In this document: positions 29,741 through 39,355 of the stretch, piece after piece | Position numbering within the stretch: the stretch's first letter is position 1 | Layout: each line of letters begins with the position of its first letter | From: Planctomycetota bacterium | Lineage (GTDB): Bacteria; Planctomycetota; DG-23; JAZDKG01 | Assembly (NCBI GenBank): GCA_043803205.1 | Contig: JAZDKG010000073.1 | Span: 2,129 to 66,128 of the forward strand | Length of the DNA: 64,000 nucleotides | Reading direction: 5' to 3' | The notes under the pieces: model-generated | What the model was told of the DNA's origin: nothing | What the model saw: the letters and a program-made list of their open reading frames with translations, nothing else | Databases searched by the model: none | Position numbers and translations under genes: made by a program

Positions 29741-31009
29741 GTGATGTTCATCCTTCTGCACTTGCCGATCATGGCGGCGCTGCTCGCCCTGTCGGCGCTC
29801 TTCTCGGGGTCCGAGACCGCGCTTTTCTCGCTGCGCGGCCCGGTCCAGGAGCAGATGCGCGGATCCACTAACCGGCTCGAGCGGCTGGCGGGGTACCTCC
29901 TCGACCATCGCAGGGAACTTCTCATCACGATCCTGTTGGGCAACATGATCGTGAATATCCTCTTCTATTCGATGAGCGTGCTGGTGTCCCTCGAGCTTTA
30001 CCGGCTGGGGCATCGGACGCTCGCGCCGCTGGCGGCGCTTGCGGGGCTCGCGTGCGTGGTGGTTTGCGGGGAGGTGAGCCCGAAGGCGATCGCGGTGCAT
30101 TTTCCGCGGCGCATCGCGCTGCTGGCGGCCTGGCCGATCTATCTCATCTACGTGGGGCTCACGCCCATCCGGGGCGTCCTCGGGAAGATCGTTGACGCGA
30201 TCACGCATCTCGCTTGGCGACGGAGGGTCCTCCTCGAGCACCTGACGGACGAGGAGCTGCGGGGGGTGCTCGACCTGGGACACCGCCAGGGCGTGCTGCG
30301 GGCGGACCAGATGTCGATGATGGCGGAGGTGATGGACCTCGCGGACACCGAGGTGCGGGAGATCATGACGGCTCGGGTGGAGGTGCCGCTCTTCGACATC
30401 GAGGGCGTCCGGGAGGAGCTCGTGGCGCTCATCCGGCGGGAGCGGTGCAAGTTCGTCCTGGCGTACCGGAGCTACCGGGACAATTCCCTTGGGATCCTGC
30501 GGGCGAAGGAGGCGCTGCTCTTTCCGGAGAAGCCGCTGTCGGAGCTCGTGCGGAAGGTCCCGTACGTGCCGGAGACGCGTCCGCTGGACGCGCTCCTGCG
30601 GGAGCTGCGGGAGGGCAAGCAGTCCGTGGCGATCGTGATCGACGAGCACGGGGGGACTGAGGGGGTTATCACGGTGGAGCGCCTCGTCGAGCGGATCGTG
30701 GGGACGATTCGACACGAGTATGAGAGGAGCGAGGAGGACGCGGTGCAGCTTTCGCCCGACTCCTGGAGCCTTGCGGGGCGTCTTCCGGCGCGCGATCTCG
30801 AGGACGTGCTCAGGGCGCCGGTGGAGGAAGGGGACTTCTCGACGCTCGCGGGGCTGGTGCTTTATCTCCTCGGGCGCGTGCCCGAGACGGGGGACCAGGT
30901 GCGCTTGGGGGATTTCCGGCTCACGGTGACGCGGATGAGCGGACGCCGGATCGAGCGCGTGGTTGCCGAAAGGCTCCCCCGGTCGGCGGACGGGGAGGAG
31001 CCGGAATAA
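29741..31009 (+). CDS. CNNM/HlyC-family transporter (DUF21 membrane domain, CBS pair, CorC_HlyC domain)
   Basis: Four N-terminal helices with GSETALFS (DUF21), a CBS pair, and a C-terminal transporter-associated domain (GDFRLTVTRMSGRRIERV). Confidence 0.85.
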   Translation: MMFILLHLPIMAALLALSALFSGSETALFSLRGPVQEQMRGSTNRLERLAGYLLDHRRELLITILLGNMIVNILFYSMSVLVSLELYRLGHRTLAPLAALAGLACVVVCGEVSPKAIAVHFPRRIALLAAWPIYLIYVGLTPIRGVLGKIVDAITHLAWRRRVLLEHLTDEELRGVLDLGHRQGVLRADQMSMMAEVMDLADTEVREIMTARVEVPLFDIEGVREELVALIRRERCKFVLAYRSYRDNSLGILRAKEALLFPEKPLSELVRKVPYVPETRPLDALLRELREGKQSVAIVIDEHGGTEGVITVERLVERIVGTIRHEYERSEEDAVQLSPDSWSLAGRLPARDLEDVLRAPVEEGDFSTLAGLVLYLLGRVPETGDQVRLGDFRLTVTRMSGRRIERVVAERLPRSADGEEPE

Positions 31010-31984
31010 ATGGGAATCGGCATCTTCCTACTGCTCGTGGCGCTGTTGGCTCTCGCCGGTTTCTACGGAGGCGTGGAGACGGGGGCGTATACGCTGAGCC
31101 GGCTGCGCCTCACGATGCTCGTCTCAAGGGAGGACTCGCGCGCCAGGGCCGTGCATCGGATCCTCGAGAAGCCGTCCGACGTGATCGCGATGACCCTCAT
31201 CGGGCAGAACCTGTGCATCTTCCTGGCGACGGCGCTTCTGACGGAGACGCTCAGGGCGCGCCTGCCGTCGCACACGGAGCTCTACGCGACGCTGATCCTG
31301 GCGCCGGTGATCTATGTGTTCTGCGACGCGGCCCCGAAGAACCTGTTCGCGCGCGGCGCGGACGTCCTTTTTTACCGGCTGATCGCCCCGATCCGCGTAT
31401 CGGGGGTGCTGTTCTATCCGGCGGTGGTGATGGTGCGGTTTATCAGCCGGTTCTGGCAGGCGGCGCTCGGGGGAAAGCCCGAGAGCGCGAACGCCTTCTT
31501 CCTCACGCCGGCGTACCTCACCTATCTCCTGTCGGAGAGCAAGAGCATCGGGCACCTTTCCGACTACCAGACGACCCTCGCCTTCAACATCATGAAGCTT
31601 TCGAAGCTCTCGGTCGACCATGCGATGATCCCCCTGGACAGGGTTGCGTCGTTCCCGAGGACGCTCGCCCCGTCGGAGGTCCTGACGGCGGCCAGGGGCT
31701 TCCCCTTCACGCGGTTCCCGGTCTACGAGGGGGAGCCCGCGAACATCGTGGGGGTCGTGAACGTGATCGATCTCGCCCTTGGGGCTGACGCGGGCGGCGG
31801 GCCCGACGCGCACGTCCGCCCCCTGGTCGCGGTGCCGCACACGGCGACCGTGCTGGACGTGCTCCAGCTCATGCGGGAGCGCTCGGCCCTGCTGGCGGCC
31901 GTCACGCGCGACGGACGACCGATGGGGATCGTAACCTTCAAAGATCTCGTGGAGGAGATCGCCGGGGAGCTCGGCGAGTGGTGA
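31010..31984 (+). CDS. DUF21-CBS domain membrane protein (CNNM paralog lacking the CorC_HlyC domain)
   Basis: The start overlaps the upstream stop (TAAATG). DUF21-type helices (GGVETGAYTLSRLRL) plus a CBS pair. At 324 aa it is too short to carry a CorC domain. Confidence 0.75.
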   Translation: MGIGIFLLLVALLALAGFYGGVETGAYTLSRLRLTMLVSREDSRARAVHRILEKPSDVIAMTLIGQNLCIFLATALLTETLRARLPSHTELYATLILAPVIYVFCDAAPKNLFARGADVLFYRLIAPIRVSGVLFYPAVVMVRFISRFWQAALGGKPESANAFFLTPAYLTYLLSESKSIGHLSDYQTTLAFNIMKLSKLSVDHAMIPLDRVASFPRTLAPSEVLTAARGFPFTRFPVYEGEPANIVGVVNVIDLALGADAGGGPDAHVRPLVAVPHTATVLDVLQLMRERSALLAAVTRDGRPMGIVTFKDLVEEIAGELGEW

Positions 31985-32003
31985 GGCGGCGCAGAAGGTT
32001 GTT

Positions 32004-32744
32004 TCACCGTTCCCAGTCGTCCTCGGGCCAGCCCTCGCCGACGTTGTAGGAGACCGTCGCGGGCACGCCCCCTCGGACGCGGATTCCCCCCAGAACGGGA
32101 TCGAAGCGGACGCGCAGCTTCTTCCACGCGTCGATGGTGAGCTGCTCGCGCTCGAGGACGACGTAGCCGCGCCGACGCACCCATCCGCCATAGCGGTTCT
32201 CGAAGTCCCACACCTCCACGCGCCAGAAGACCACCGGCTCGCTCGTGACGAGACTCGTCTGTTCCGTCATGAGCTTCTCGATCAGCAGGCGCGCCCACTG
32301 GTGGTGGCCGGCGAGGGCGAGGATGCGGCGCTTGTTCTCCCAGATATTCATCGCGCCCGCGTATTCCCGGATCGCCTCCTCATCCTTCTGCGTAAGGGGG
32401 GGCGCGGCCTCGCCGGGGAGCTCCACCTCGCCGAGTTCGTTCACGAGCTTGAGATTGGCGCCCTCGATCTTCCCGCCGTCGGTCTCGATCAGGAGGTCGT
32501 AGAAGCCGTCGGCGAGCCCGCGGACGATCCACGCGCCTTCGTCACGGACGGCGGGGTACCTGGGCTTGGGCCAGCCGCCGGGGGAGCGGTCGATGGCGCA
32601 CACGGAACGGACGACCTGCGCCGGCTCGATGCTCACGCGGATCTCTCCGGCGCTCGCGCAGAGGGCAAGCCAGAGGATCACGGCGGCGGCGCCCGCACTC
32701 GTGCGGAGGCTCTTACTCTTCCGGCGCGATATTCCCTTCGCCAT
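32004..32744 (-). CDS. Hypothetical secreted protein
   Basis: An N-terminal signal-like segment (AAAVILWLALCASAGE). No recognisable family. It is the last gene of the long minus-strand run. Confidence 0.45.
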   Translation of the reverse strand: MAKGISRRKSKSLRTSAGAAAVILWLALCASAGEIRVSIEPAQVVRSVCAIDRSPGGWPKPRYPAVRDEGAWIVRGLADGFYDLLIETDGGKIEGANLKLVNELGEVELPGEAAPPLTQKDEEAIREYAGAMNIWENKRRILALAGHHQWARLLIEKLMTEQTSLVTSEPVVFWRVEVWDFENRYGGWVRRRGYVVLEREQLTIDAWKKLRVRFDPVLGGIRVRGGVPATVSYNVGEGWPEDDWER

Positions 32745-33540
32745 TTGTGATCACCGTGTTATCTGGGCGCGGGGCGAGCGAGGAGAGATCGCCGTCCTTC
32801 TCGCTGCGCGCGGTCATGGACGCGTCGAGGCCCGAGGCCTTCGCCAGGCTCAGGCGCGCCTCGTCGAAGCGTCCGAGCTTCGCCAGGGCGCAAGCGCGGT
32901 CGTACCACGCCTTGGCGACGTCCGGGCGTATCGCCAGCGCCTGATCGAGCGTCTCGAGGGCCTCCCCGGCGAGGTCCAGATGGACGAGGATCGCGGCCAG
33001 GTTCACCAGGGCCGCGACGTTTCCGTGTTCGAGGTGGACGGCGCGCCGGGCGTACTCCAGGCCCTCTTCGTGACGGCCCAGCTTCGCTAGTACCGCGGCC
33101 GCGTTGGAGAAAGACGCCGCATGCTCCGGGTCGATCCCGGCAGCCCGCCCGAAGTCCTCGAGGGCCTCCTCCATCTTTCCGAGGCGCACGTTCGCCAGCC
33201 CCCGGTTGAAGTACGCGGAGAATCGCCCCGGGTCGCGAGCGATCGCCTGCTCGTAGGCCTCGACGGCCTTGTCGTACATTGCTATCTCCAGCCATGCGTC
33301 TCCGAGTTCCGAGAAGGCCCCGGCGTTGAGGTTGATCCCCAACTTCTCCAGAAGGAGGCGCGCGTGGATCGTGGTCGGGTCCACGCGGAAGTGGGTGATC
33401 CCGCGATCCCGCCTCAACCGGGATCCCGCGGCCGCGGGACCGCGAGACCGGACGCTGTGGGTGACCGCCGTCTTCCCGCGCCGCTGGGGAAGCCCCAGGA
33501 ACTCGCGCAACAGCCTTTCGATCGCGGTCACTTCACCCAC
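32713..33540 (-). CDS. TPR repeat protein (start uncertain)
   Basis: At least five TPR units (AWLEIAMYDKAVEAYEQAIARDP, AYFNRGLANVRLGKMEEALEDFGRA, ...). The track ORF start at 33654 overlaps the upstream cytochrome gene. In-frame GTG codons at 33540, 33531 and 33384 are candidate starts. Confidence 0.55.
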   Translation of the reverse strand: MGEVTAIERLLREFLGLPQRRGKTAVTHSVRSRGPAAAGSRLRRDRGITHFRVDPTTIHARLLLEKLGINLNAGAFSELGDAWLEIAMYDKAVEAYEQAIARDPGRFSAYFNRGLANVRLGKMEEALEDFGRAAGIDPEHAASFSNAAAVLAKLGRHEEGLEYARRAVHLEHGNVAALVNLAAILVHLDLAGEALETLDQALAIRPDVAKAWYDRACALAKLGRFDEARLSLAKASGLDASMTARSEKDGDLSSLAPRPDNTVITNGEGNIAPEE

Positions 33541-33551
33541 GGCGTTCCCGA

Positions 33552-34898
33552 TCACTTGCTCAGACGAAGGACGGCATTGCGGTGATCGATCTTCGGATAG
33601 TACGTGTCGAACTCGAACTTGGGGCTGTTCTCCGGGTCGTGGCAGGTGCGGCACTTCGATTCGTCGGGACGGGAGTAGGGGGCCAGCACGTTACGGAGGT
33701 GCCGGCTCCCGGGGCCGTGACACGCCTCGCACGCGACGTTCGCCAGATCAGGCGTGAGGGCGCGACTGCGGAAGCCTCCCTCATTCTCGAGACCGACGGT
33801 GTGACAGACGACGCACTCGGGATCCCGGTCGGCGCCTTCTTTCTCGAGGGAGGCCAGCGCCTCCTCATGTTTCACCGTGCGCCACTTGCGGAACTGCGGG
33901 AGGTGACAGCGGGCGCAGCCGCTCAAGCCCAGGTAGCGACGGTCCCCGATCGCCATCCGGGGAAAGCGATCGATCAGCCCCTCCTCCGAGACCTGGAGAC
34001 GGTAGTCGGCGAGAAGCTCCGCGACGGACTTGTCCTCCGGCATGTCCCCGGAGAGGAACGTCGGGGTGTAGCGCGTGCCGAGGACCGCCCCCGAGGGATC
34101 GAAGTCCACGTCGAGGCGCGCGACCCATTTCCCATAGAGACCGGTTCCCACGACGGCGGTCGCGCCGACCTTCTCCTCGGCCTCGGGGGGTTTCTCCTCG
34201 AGGTAGCCTCTCGCGGCGACGTCGATCCCCGGGGCCTCGCGCGCGATGCGCTTCGCCTCTTCGGCGCCGGCGTGGCAGAGGAGCACGACGAGGTCGGCGC
34301 GGGGACGCAGTTCCGCGACGAGTTCGCGCGCCGTCGCCACAGGGTCCAAGAGCTCCAGGTCGGGCGCCATGCTGGAGAGTTCGATGCGGAAGGCTTCCCC
34401 CAGGATGGCGAACACGGCCACGCGCCGGCCGCTCGGTAGCTCGATCACGATCGAGCGCTCGAAGGGAAAGCCGCCGTCCCGGCGCCTTGCGTTCGACAGG
34501 ATCAGGGGGACGGGGGAGCCGACGGCCTGGGCGTTGAGGGTGGACAAACCCAGGGCGAAGTCCCGGAAGCCCACGGCGCAGGCGTTGTATCCCATCTCGC
34601 CGAGGGCCAGGAGCGTGTACTCGTACTTGATCTCCTGCTGACGGCCCCCCTCCAGGACGAGTCCCCCGTTGTCGAGGAGGACGATCTCCCCGCCCGTGTT
34701 CCGGCGCAGTTCTCGCACGAAGGTCGAGCGACGGGGGAGGCCGCCCACCATGTCCTCCGTGCACCCGCAGGGGGCGAGGCGCCCCATCTGTTCGCCCGTG
34801 AAAAGGATCGTGAGGCGGGAGGGCTCATCCGCCGCGAGGGTTGCGACGCTCGAGACGAGGAGCACCAGATAAAGGACCAGAGGGCGGGCGCGCTTCAA
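33552..34898 (-). CDS. Fusion protein: N-terminal degenerate 5'-nucleotidase/metallophosphatase-like domain plus C-terminal tetraheme c-type cytochrome domain
   Basis: A TTG start at 34898 follows the RBS gggaggg and gives the signal peptide (M)KRARPLVLYLVLLVSSVATLAA. The N-terminal ~300 aa resembles the 5'-nucleotidase family (LLDNGGLVLEGG, VLLCHAGAEEAKRIAREAPGIDVA) but lacks the GNHE and GGH metal ligands. The C-terminal ~130 aa carries four CxxCH motifs (CARCH, CVVCH, CEACH, CRTCH). The upstream part of the track ORF is high-GC artefact overlapping the DUF1573 gene. Confidence 0.65.
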   Translation of the reverse strand: MKRARPLVLYLVLLVSSVATLAADEPSRLTILFTGEQMGRLAPCGCTEDMVGGLPRRSTFVRELRRNTGGEIVLLDNGGLVLEGGRQQEIKYEYTLLALGEMGYNACAVGFRDFALGLSTLNAQAVGSPVPLILSNARRRDGGFPFERSIVIELPSGRRVAVFAILGEAFRIELSSMAPDLELLDPVATARELVAELRPRADLVVLLCHAGAEEAKRIAREAPGIDVAARGYLEEKPPEAEEKVGATAVVGTGLYGKWVARLDVDFDPSGAVLGTRYTPTFLSGDMPEDKSVAELLADYRLQVSEEGLIDRFPRMAIGDRRYLGLSGCARCHLPQFRKWRTVKHEEALASLEKEGADRDPECVVCHTVGLENEGGFRSRALTPDLANVACEACHGPGSRHLRNVLAPYSRPDESKCRTCHDPENSPKFEFDTYYPKIDHRNAVLRLSK

Positions 34899-34915
34899 TC
34901 GTCCCTCCCGGGGCG

Positions 34916-36088
34916 CTACTCTTCGGTTGGCTCCTGCTCTTGCTCCGGCGGGCCGACGGGGGCAAGCGCCTCTCCCCGCACCCGCCAGGACACCGGCAGC
35001 GTGATGATCGGCTTTTCCCTTCCCTCCCTGTAGATTCGGATGACCGCGCGATGTCTTCCGGACCGACCTTCCCCCTTGGCGGTAAGGAACACGCGCGTTT
35101 CCTTCTCGGTCTTCTCGATCTGGAACTCCAGGGCCGGATCGGTCGCGTCCGCGCGGCTGACGGTGAAGTCCGGGATGTCGCTGGTGACGACGACCGCGCG
35201 CTTGCCCGAGGTCTTCCCCACCCGGACGCTTCCGAGGTAGACCGACCCCATGGGCTTGTAGGAGAAGTCGCCGACGACGGATCCCACGATGGGGAGGGCG
35301 AAGCGCGCACGGGGGGGATAGTTCGTCGTCACGACCAGTCTCTCGTCGATCTCCCCGACCTGGGCCTCGTCGGTGAGCTTGACGGTGATGCGGTAGCCCG
35401 GGTAGGTCTTCTCCGTCTCCTTTTCTTCTCCCTTCTCTCCTTCCTTTTCCTTGACGCGGACCGTGATCTGGGCGGGCTCGAAGGAGACGGCGAAGGCGGT
35501 GTTCGTGGTGGCGACCTCCTGAAGCACGAGGCCGAAGGCCCGGAGGTCGTAGACTTCGATCCCTGCGGAGGCGCCGGTGTCGAGCTTCACGCCGTCGAAC
35601 ACGACGCGTTCGGGGCGCACGCCGATCGTGCTCACCACGCGTCCATTCACCTGGAGCTGAAGCCCGTTCGGGTAGCGGGGATCGTTGCTGTAAACGATGA
35701 CGTGCTTGTTCTCGGCTTCCCCCTCGATGATGCTTGTCGTGACGCCGACCTCCATCACGGCCCTGTCCCCCTTGGAGAGGTCGGTGACGCTGAGGCGGGG
35801 GGTGAGGCAGCCGCAGTCCGCGACGGGAGTGCCCAGCTTGAGAATGCCGGCGCCGTCGTTGCGCAGGACGAAGTGCACCTGTTTGAGATCCCCCTTCTCC
35901 GCCTCTCCGAAGTTGACGACGAGGCCCCCCTCGACCACGAGGGCCGGGACGTAGAGGTCCTCGGGGAGAGGAAGCTGTTTGGTCGCGGGGGCGGGCTTGG
36001 ACTGGGCTTCGGCGGGGGGCTCCTCCGCGAAGAGGGTCGTCGATGCGACGAACACGGCGATCCATGCGAGTCTGGGTAGCAGGGACAT
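34916..36088 (-). CDS. DUF1573 domain secreted protein
   Basis: Signal peptide MSLLPRLAWIAVFVASTTLFA. DUF1573 hallmark (HFVLRNDGAGILKLGTPVADCGCLTP). RBS ggaaagga before ATG 36088. Confidence 0.7.
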   Translation of the reverse strand: MSLLPRLAWIAVFVASTTLFAEEPPAEAQSKPAPATKQLPLPEDLYVPALVVEGGLVVNFGEAEKGDLKQVHFVLRNDGAGILKLGTPVADCGCLTPRLSVTDLSKGDRAVMEVGVTTSIIEGEAENKHVIVYSNDPRYPNGLQLQVNGRVVSTIGVRPERVVFDGVKLDTGASAGIEVYDLRAFGLVLQEVATTNTAFAVSFEPAQITVRVKEKEGEKGEEKETEKTYPGYRITVKLTDEAQVGEIDERLVVTTNYPPRARFALPIVGSVVGDFSYKPMGSVYLGSVRVGKTSGKRAVVVTSDIPDFTVSRADATDPALEFQIEKTEKETRVFLTAKGEGRSGRHRAVIRIYREGREKPIITLPVSWRVRGEALAPVGPPEQEQEPTEE

Positions 36089-36107
36089 CGCGGTTTTTCC
36101 TTTCCGA

Positions 36108-37517
36108 TCAGCCCTTCCGCTTCGTGATGAGGAAGACGACCACGGCGACGGCCGAGAGGACAACGAGGATGCCGATTCGCTTCACGAGCTTCGCATGGGC
36201 CTCGCGCGCCATCTCCTTCAGGGGCTCGACCTCAGCCTGCGCGGAGGCCCCTTGCGGCGTGGGAGGGGCGGCCTCATCGGGGACGAGCTCCTCCGCGTTG
36301 TACAGGATGGGACACAGCTTGATCTCGAGCTCCCCCCGGTTGTGCGCCGCCAAGAGCGGAAGGTACCGCTGGAGGGCGTTGTCGGCGAGCTCGGTATACG
36401 GGTAGTCCTTCCAGATGAGCTGGTTGGCGCAGAAGGCGTATTCGTACTGTTTCTGGCTGTCGCAGAAGCGGGCGAAGTATTCAACGGCCTTTCCGATCTC
36501 GATGTCCTTGGGGTACTTCTCGATCCACTTGGGAAGCTCCTCGTAGAGTTTTTCGAAGCGTCCCATGGCCACCTCCATCTCGACGGTGTGCCGCAGGGCC
36601 TGCGTGAGGAGGTGCCACCTCGGGTTTTGCGCCACGAGGTCATCGATGATCCCGAGAGCCTTGAGATAGGAGGCGATGGTGAGGTTCACGTCGTGGAGGA
36701 TGAAGTAGAAGCCCCGTTTCTTGTAGAGAAGGGCGAGCTGGTAGCGCAGGCTCAGGCGCTTGTCGGGGTCCTGGAAGCGCTCCTGGTTTTCCTCGGCGAG
36801 GTCGATCGCCTTGGCTATGAAGACGGGACGGGCGATCACATCCTCGCCCCTGCGCCTTCCCTCGGCGTAGCGGGAGTAGGCGTGCAGAAGGGCGATGAGA
36901 CCCAGGTACTCCTCCTCGTCGTCACGCGCGTCGGCGAGGTACACGCGCCAAAGGTCCACGAGGTCATCGGGCTGGATGGTCTCATCCTTCGGGTATTCGC
37001 GGTCCAGCAGCACGTAGTCCATGCGGGTGGCCTCGTAGCGGGCGCGACGCCCGAGCTCGGTCCCCTCGGAGCGCTCGTCGTCGGCGACGGCCTGATACTG
37101 CTCGATCGCCGCCTGAAGCCGATGTTGGACGGTCATCTTGTCGGCGGCGAGATACCCCGCCACGAGGTCCTCCGGGAGCTTCTCCACCTCGGCGAGGAGG
37201 CGCAGCTCCCGCTGGATCTCCCCCGACATGGGATTGTAAGGGTCGCTCTCGAGGAGCCTGCGGGCGTAGCGGCGGGCCTCCTCGAAGCGCTTGAGGAACA
37301 TCATGGCCTTGACGATCTGGAGGCCGATCTCTCCGCGTCTCTCGAACGTGGGGTAGATCGCGAGCAACCCCGTGGCGTGCCGGACGAAGGTATCGTAATC
37401 GCCGACCTCCAGTGCCGACATCGCCTCGCTCACCTTCTGGGAGACGGTCGCCCCGGCGGCGCTTCGTGTCAGGAGCAGGACCGCCGCGAGCGCAAAAATC
37501 CCCAAGCCCTGTTTCAT
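36108..37517 (-). CDS. Secreted TPR-like helical-repeat protein with C-terminal transmembrane anchor
   Basis: Signal peptide MKQGLGIFALAAVLLLTRSAAG. Helical repeat content. C-terminal hydrophobic anchor IGILVVLSAVAVVVFLITKRKG. Confidence 0.5.
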   Translation of the reverse strand: MKQGLGIFALAAVLLLTRSAAGATVSQKVSEAMSALEVGDYDTFVRHATGLLAIYPTFERRGEIGLQIVKAMMFLKRFEEARRYARRLLESDPYNPMSGEIQRELRLLAEVEKLPEDLVAGYLAADKMTVQHRLQAAIEQYQAVADDERSEGTELGRRARYEATRMDYVLLDREYPKDETIQPDDLVDLWRVYLADARDDEEEYLGLIALLHAYSRYAEGRRRGEDVIARPVFIAKAIDLAEENQERFQDPDKRLSLRYQLALLYKKRGFYFILHDVNLTIASYLKALGIIDDLVAQNPRWHLLTQALRHTVEMEVAMGRFEKLYEELPKWIEKYPKDIEIGKAVEYFARFCDSQKQYEYAFCANQLIWKDYPYTELADNALQRYLPLLAAHNRGELEIKLCPILYNAEELVPDEAAPPTPQGASAQAEVEPLKEMAREAHAKLVKRIGILVVLSAVAVVVFLITKRKG

Positions 37518-37656
37518 GCAACGCCTTTCCGGAACAGCTCCGTCGTCCTGCCGGAGTCTCAGGGGGTCGGCCGGCGTCCAATTATAGCGGGGGTCACCCC
37601 GCGCTCAAGCGCGTCCGCGACCGGCGCGGACGCGCGCGGGCTCTTCGGCGACGATG

Positions 37657-38130
37657 TCAGTCGGGCACGTAGGTCACAAACAGGAAGGTGTCCATGTCGT
37701 TCACGCGGACCCGGTCGTCGAACAGCGCGTAAGATTCGCCCGCACGCAGCGTGACGAGCATCTTCTTCGTCGTCTTGTAACCTTCCTTGTCCTTGTCCCA
37801 GCGCAAGAGCGCCACCGTCAGCTTGATGTCGGCTTTCCCGATGCTCGTCAGTGCCAGCTCCAGGCGGTCGACGTCCGTGAGTTGTTGCGTCACTTCTTCG
37901 CCCACGCCCATCCTGTAGCGTTTGTCTCCCACGAGCCTGTAGCTCGCGTAGCGCTGCTTTCGCAGGACGTTGGCGACGTCCGCCAGTTCCGTGGGGATGG
38001 GCGGCTCGGACCTCTCGTTGCTTGCCACGACCACGCGCACGCGGACGGTGGCTTTCTCTTGGGCGCCGGCGGCGCCGCAGAAGAGAAAGCCCGCCAGCGC
38101 GATCAGGACAAGGAACGAGGTCGTTTTCAT
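37657..38130 (-). CDS. Small secreted protein of unknown function
   Basis: Signal peptide MKTTSFLVLIALAGFLFCGAAGAQE. RBS ggaggg before ATG 38130. It lies immediately downstream of the anti-sigma gene. Confidence 0.5.
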   Translation of the reverse strand: MKTTSFLVLIALAGFLFCGAAGAQEKATVRVRVVVASNERSEPPIPTELADVANVLRKQRYASYRLVGDKRYRMGVGEEVTQQLTDVDRLELALTSIGKADIKLTVALLRWDKDKEGYKTTKKMLVTLRAGESYALFDDRVRVNDMDTFLFVTYVPD

Positions 38131-38211
38131 CGGTGAGCCCTCCAAGGCTGCCCCGCGCCTGACCTTATCATAGCCCGCGCCGCCGTGGCCCACAAGGAAC
38201 CGCCGGATAAT

Positions 38212-38712
38212 TTACCCGCCGGACGGCGCCTGAGGCGAGACGAACCACACCAGCGACACCCCCTCGTCGGGGTAGTCGAGGAGGACGGCGGTCGAGCCGT
38301 CGAAGACTTGCACTTCCTCGACGGGGATTAAGCCGTTCGCGTTCGCGGTCATCGCGAGGTTGATCGGGGGCGTCTCGTTGATGCTTCGGGGCCATAGGAC
38401 GATCGCCGCCACGACGGCCGCGGCGGCGGCGAGAACGGCGAGGCGGGCCGTCATCCGCCAGGCGCGTCCAGGGACTTCGACGGCGACCGGGGGTTTTTCG
38501 TGCAGGCGCTTCCAGACGGCCTGCCACTCGCCCTCGCCGGTCTGGCGCTGGTAAGCGGCCCGAACGCCTTCGGTCACGACGCGGAATTCCATCGTCGCCT
38601 TCGAGCATGCGGCGCACCCGTCGATGTGAGCGCGGACCTCCTTGGACTGGGCGGGCGCAAGCTCGCCGTCCAGGTAGGCGCTCAGGATCTCCCCGTCAGG
38701 ACACGCGTTCAT
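38212..38712 (-). CDS. Anti-sigma factor, zf-HC2 zinc-finger type, single TM helix
   Basis: HIDGCAACSK motif. TM helix LAVLAAAAAVVAAIVLW. The start overlaps the ECF sigma stop (ATGA). Confidence 0.65.
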   Translation of the reverse strand: MNACPDGEILSAYLDGELAPAQSKEVRAHIDGCAACSKATMEFRVVTEGVRAAYQRQTGEGEWQAVWKRLHEKPPVAVEVPGRAWRMTARLAVLAAAAAVVAAIVLWPRSINETPPINLAMTANANGLIPVEEVQVFDGSTAVLLDYPDEGVSLVWFVSPQAPSGG

Positions 38713-39296
38713 GACTCCTCCTCGAAGTAGCCTTTGCCGCGGAGCGCTTCGCGCAGGGCCTGCCGCGCGTAGAAGAGGCGGCTCATCACCGTCCCCACAG
38801 GCACCCCCAGAGACTGCGCGGTCTGGGCATAGCTCAGGCCCGCCTGGGTGACGAGCGTGAGCACGACGCGCTGCGGCTCGGGAAGCCCGCGCATGGCCTC
38901 TTCGACGAGGCGCGCCAACTCGCGGCCCTGCGCCTCGTCGTCGGGGGAGCGCTCATTACGGGATCGCGGCGGAACCATCGTTTCGAGCTCCTCCGAGGCC
39001 TCGAACATCTCCTTCCCGCGCCGGGCGCGAAGGGCGTCGAGCCCAGCGTTCGTGACGATCCGGCGGAACCAGGTGCCGAGGCTCGAACGGCCCTCGAAGC
39101 GCCCGATGCTCCGGAAGGCCTTGAGGAACGCCTCTTGGACCACGTCCATCGCGTCCGCGTCCCTTCCGACGATGCCCATGGCGATCGCGTATGCCAACCC
39201 TCGAAAGCGTTCAAAGAACTCGCGGCAGGCCTCTTCGTCCCCTGCGCGAACCCTTCGCACGAGGGCTTTTTCGTCCTTCGGCCTCGCAGACTCCAT
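38709..39296 (-). CDS. ECF (group 4) RNA polymerase sigma factor
   Basis: Sigma-70 region 2 (VVQEAFLKAFRSIGRFEGRSSLGTWFRRIVTNAGLD) and a region 4 HTH (LSYAQTAQSLGVPVGTVMSRLFYARQAL). Confidence 0.85.
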   Translation of the reverse strand: MESARPKDEKALVRRVRAGDEEACREFFERFRGLAYAIAMGIVGRDADAMDVVQEAFLKAFRSIGRFEGRSSLGTWFRRIVTNAGLDALRARRGKEMFEASEELETMVPPRSRNERSPDDEAQGRELARLVEEAMRGLPEPQRVVLTLVTQAGLSYAQTAQSLGVPVGTVMSRLFYARQALREALRGKGYFEEES

Positions 39297-39355
39297 GAAC
39301 GATGCTCGTCTATAAGAGTAGACGTTTCCGGCGGGCGATTATTCGCCCCCCGACG

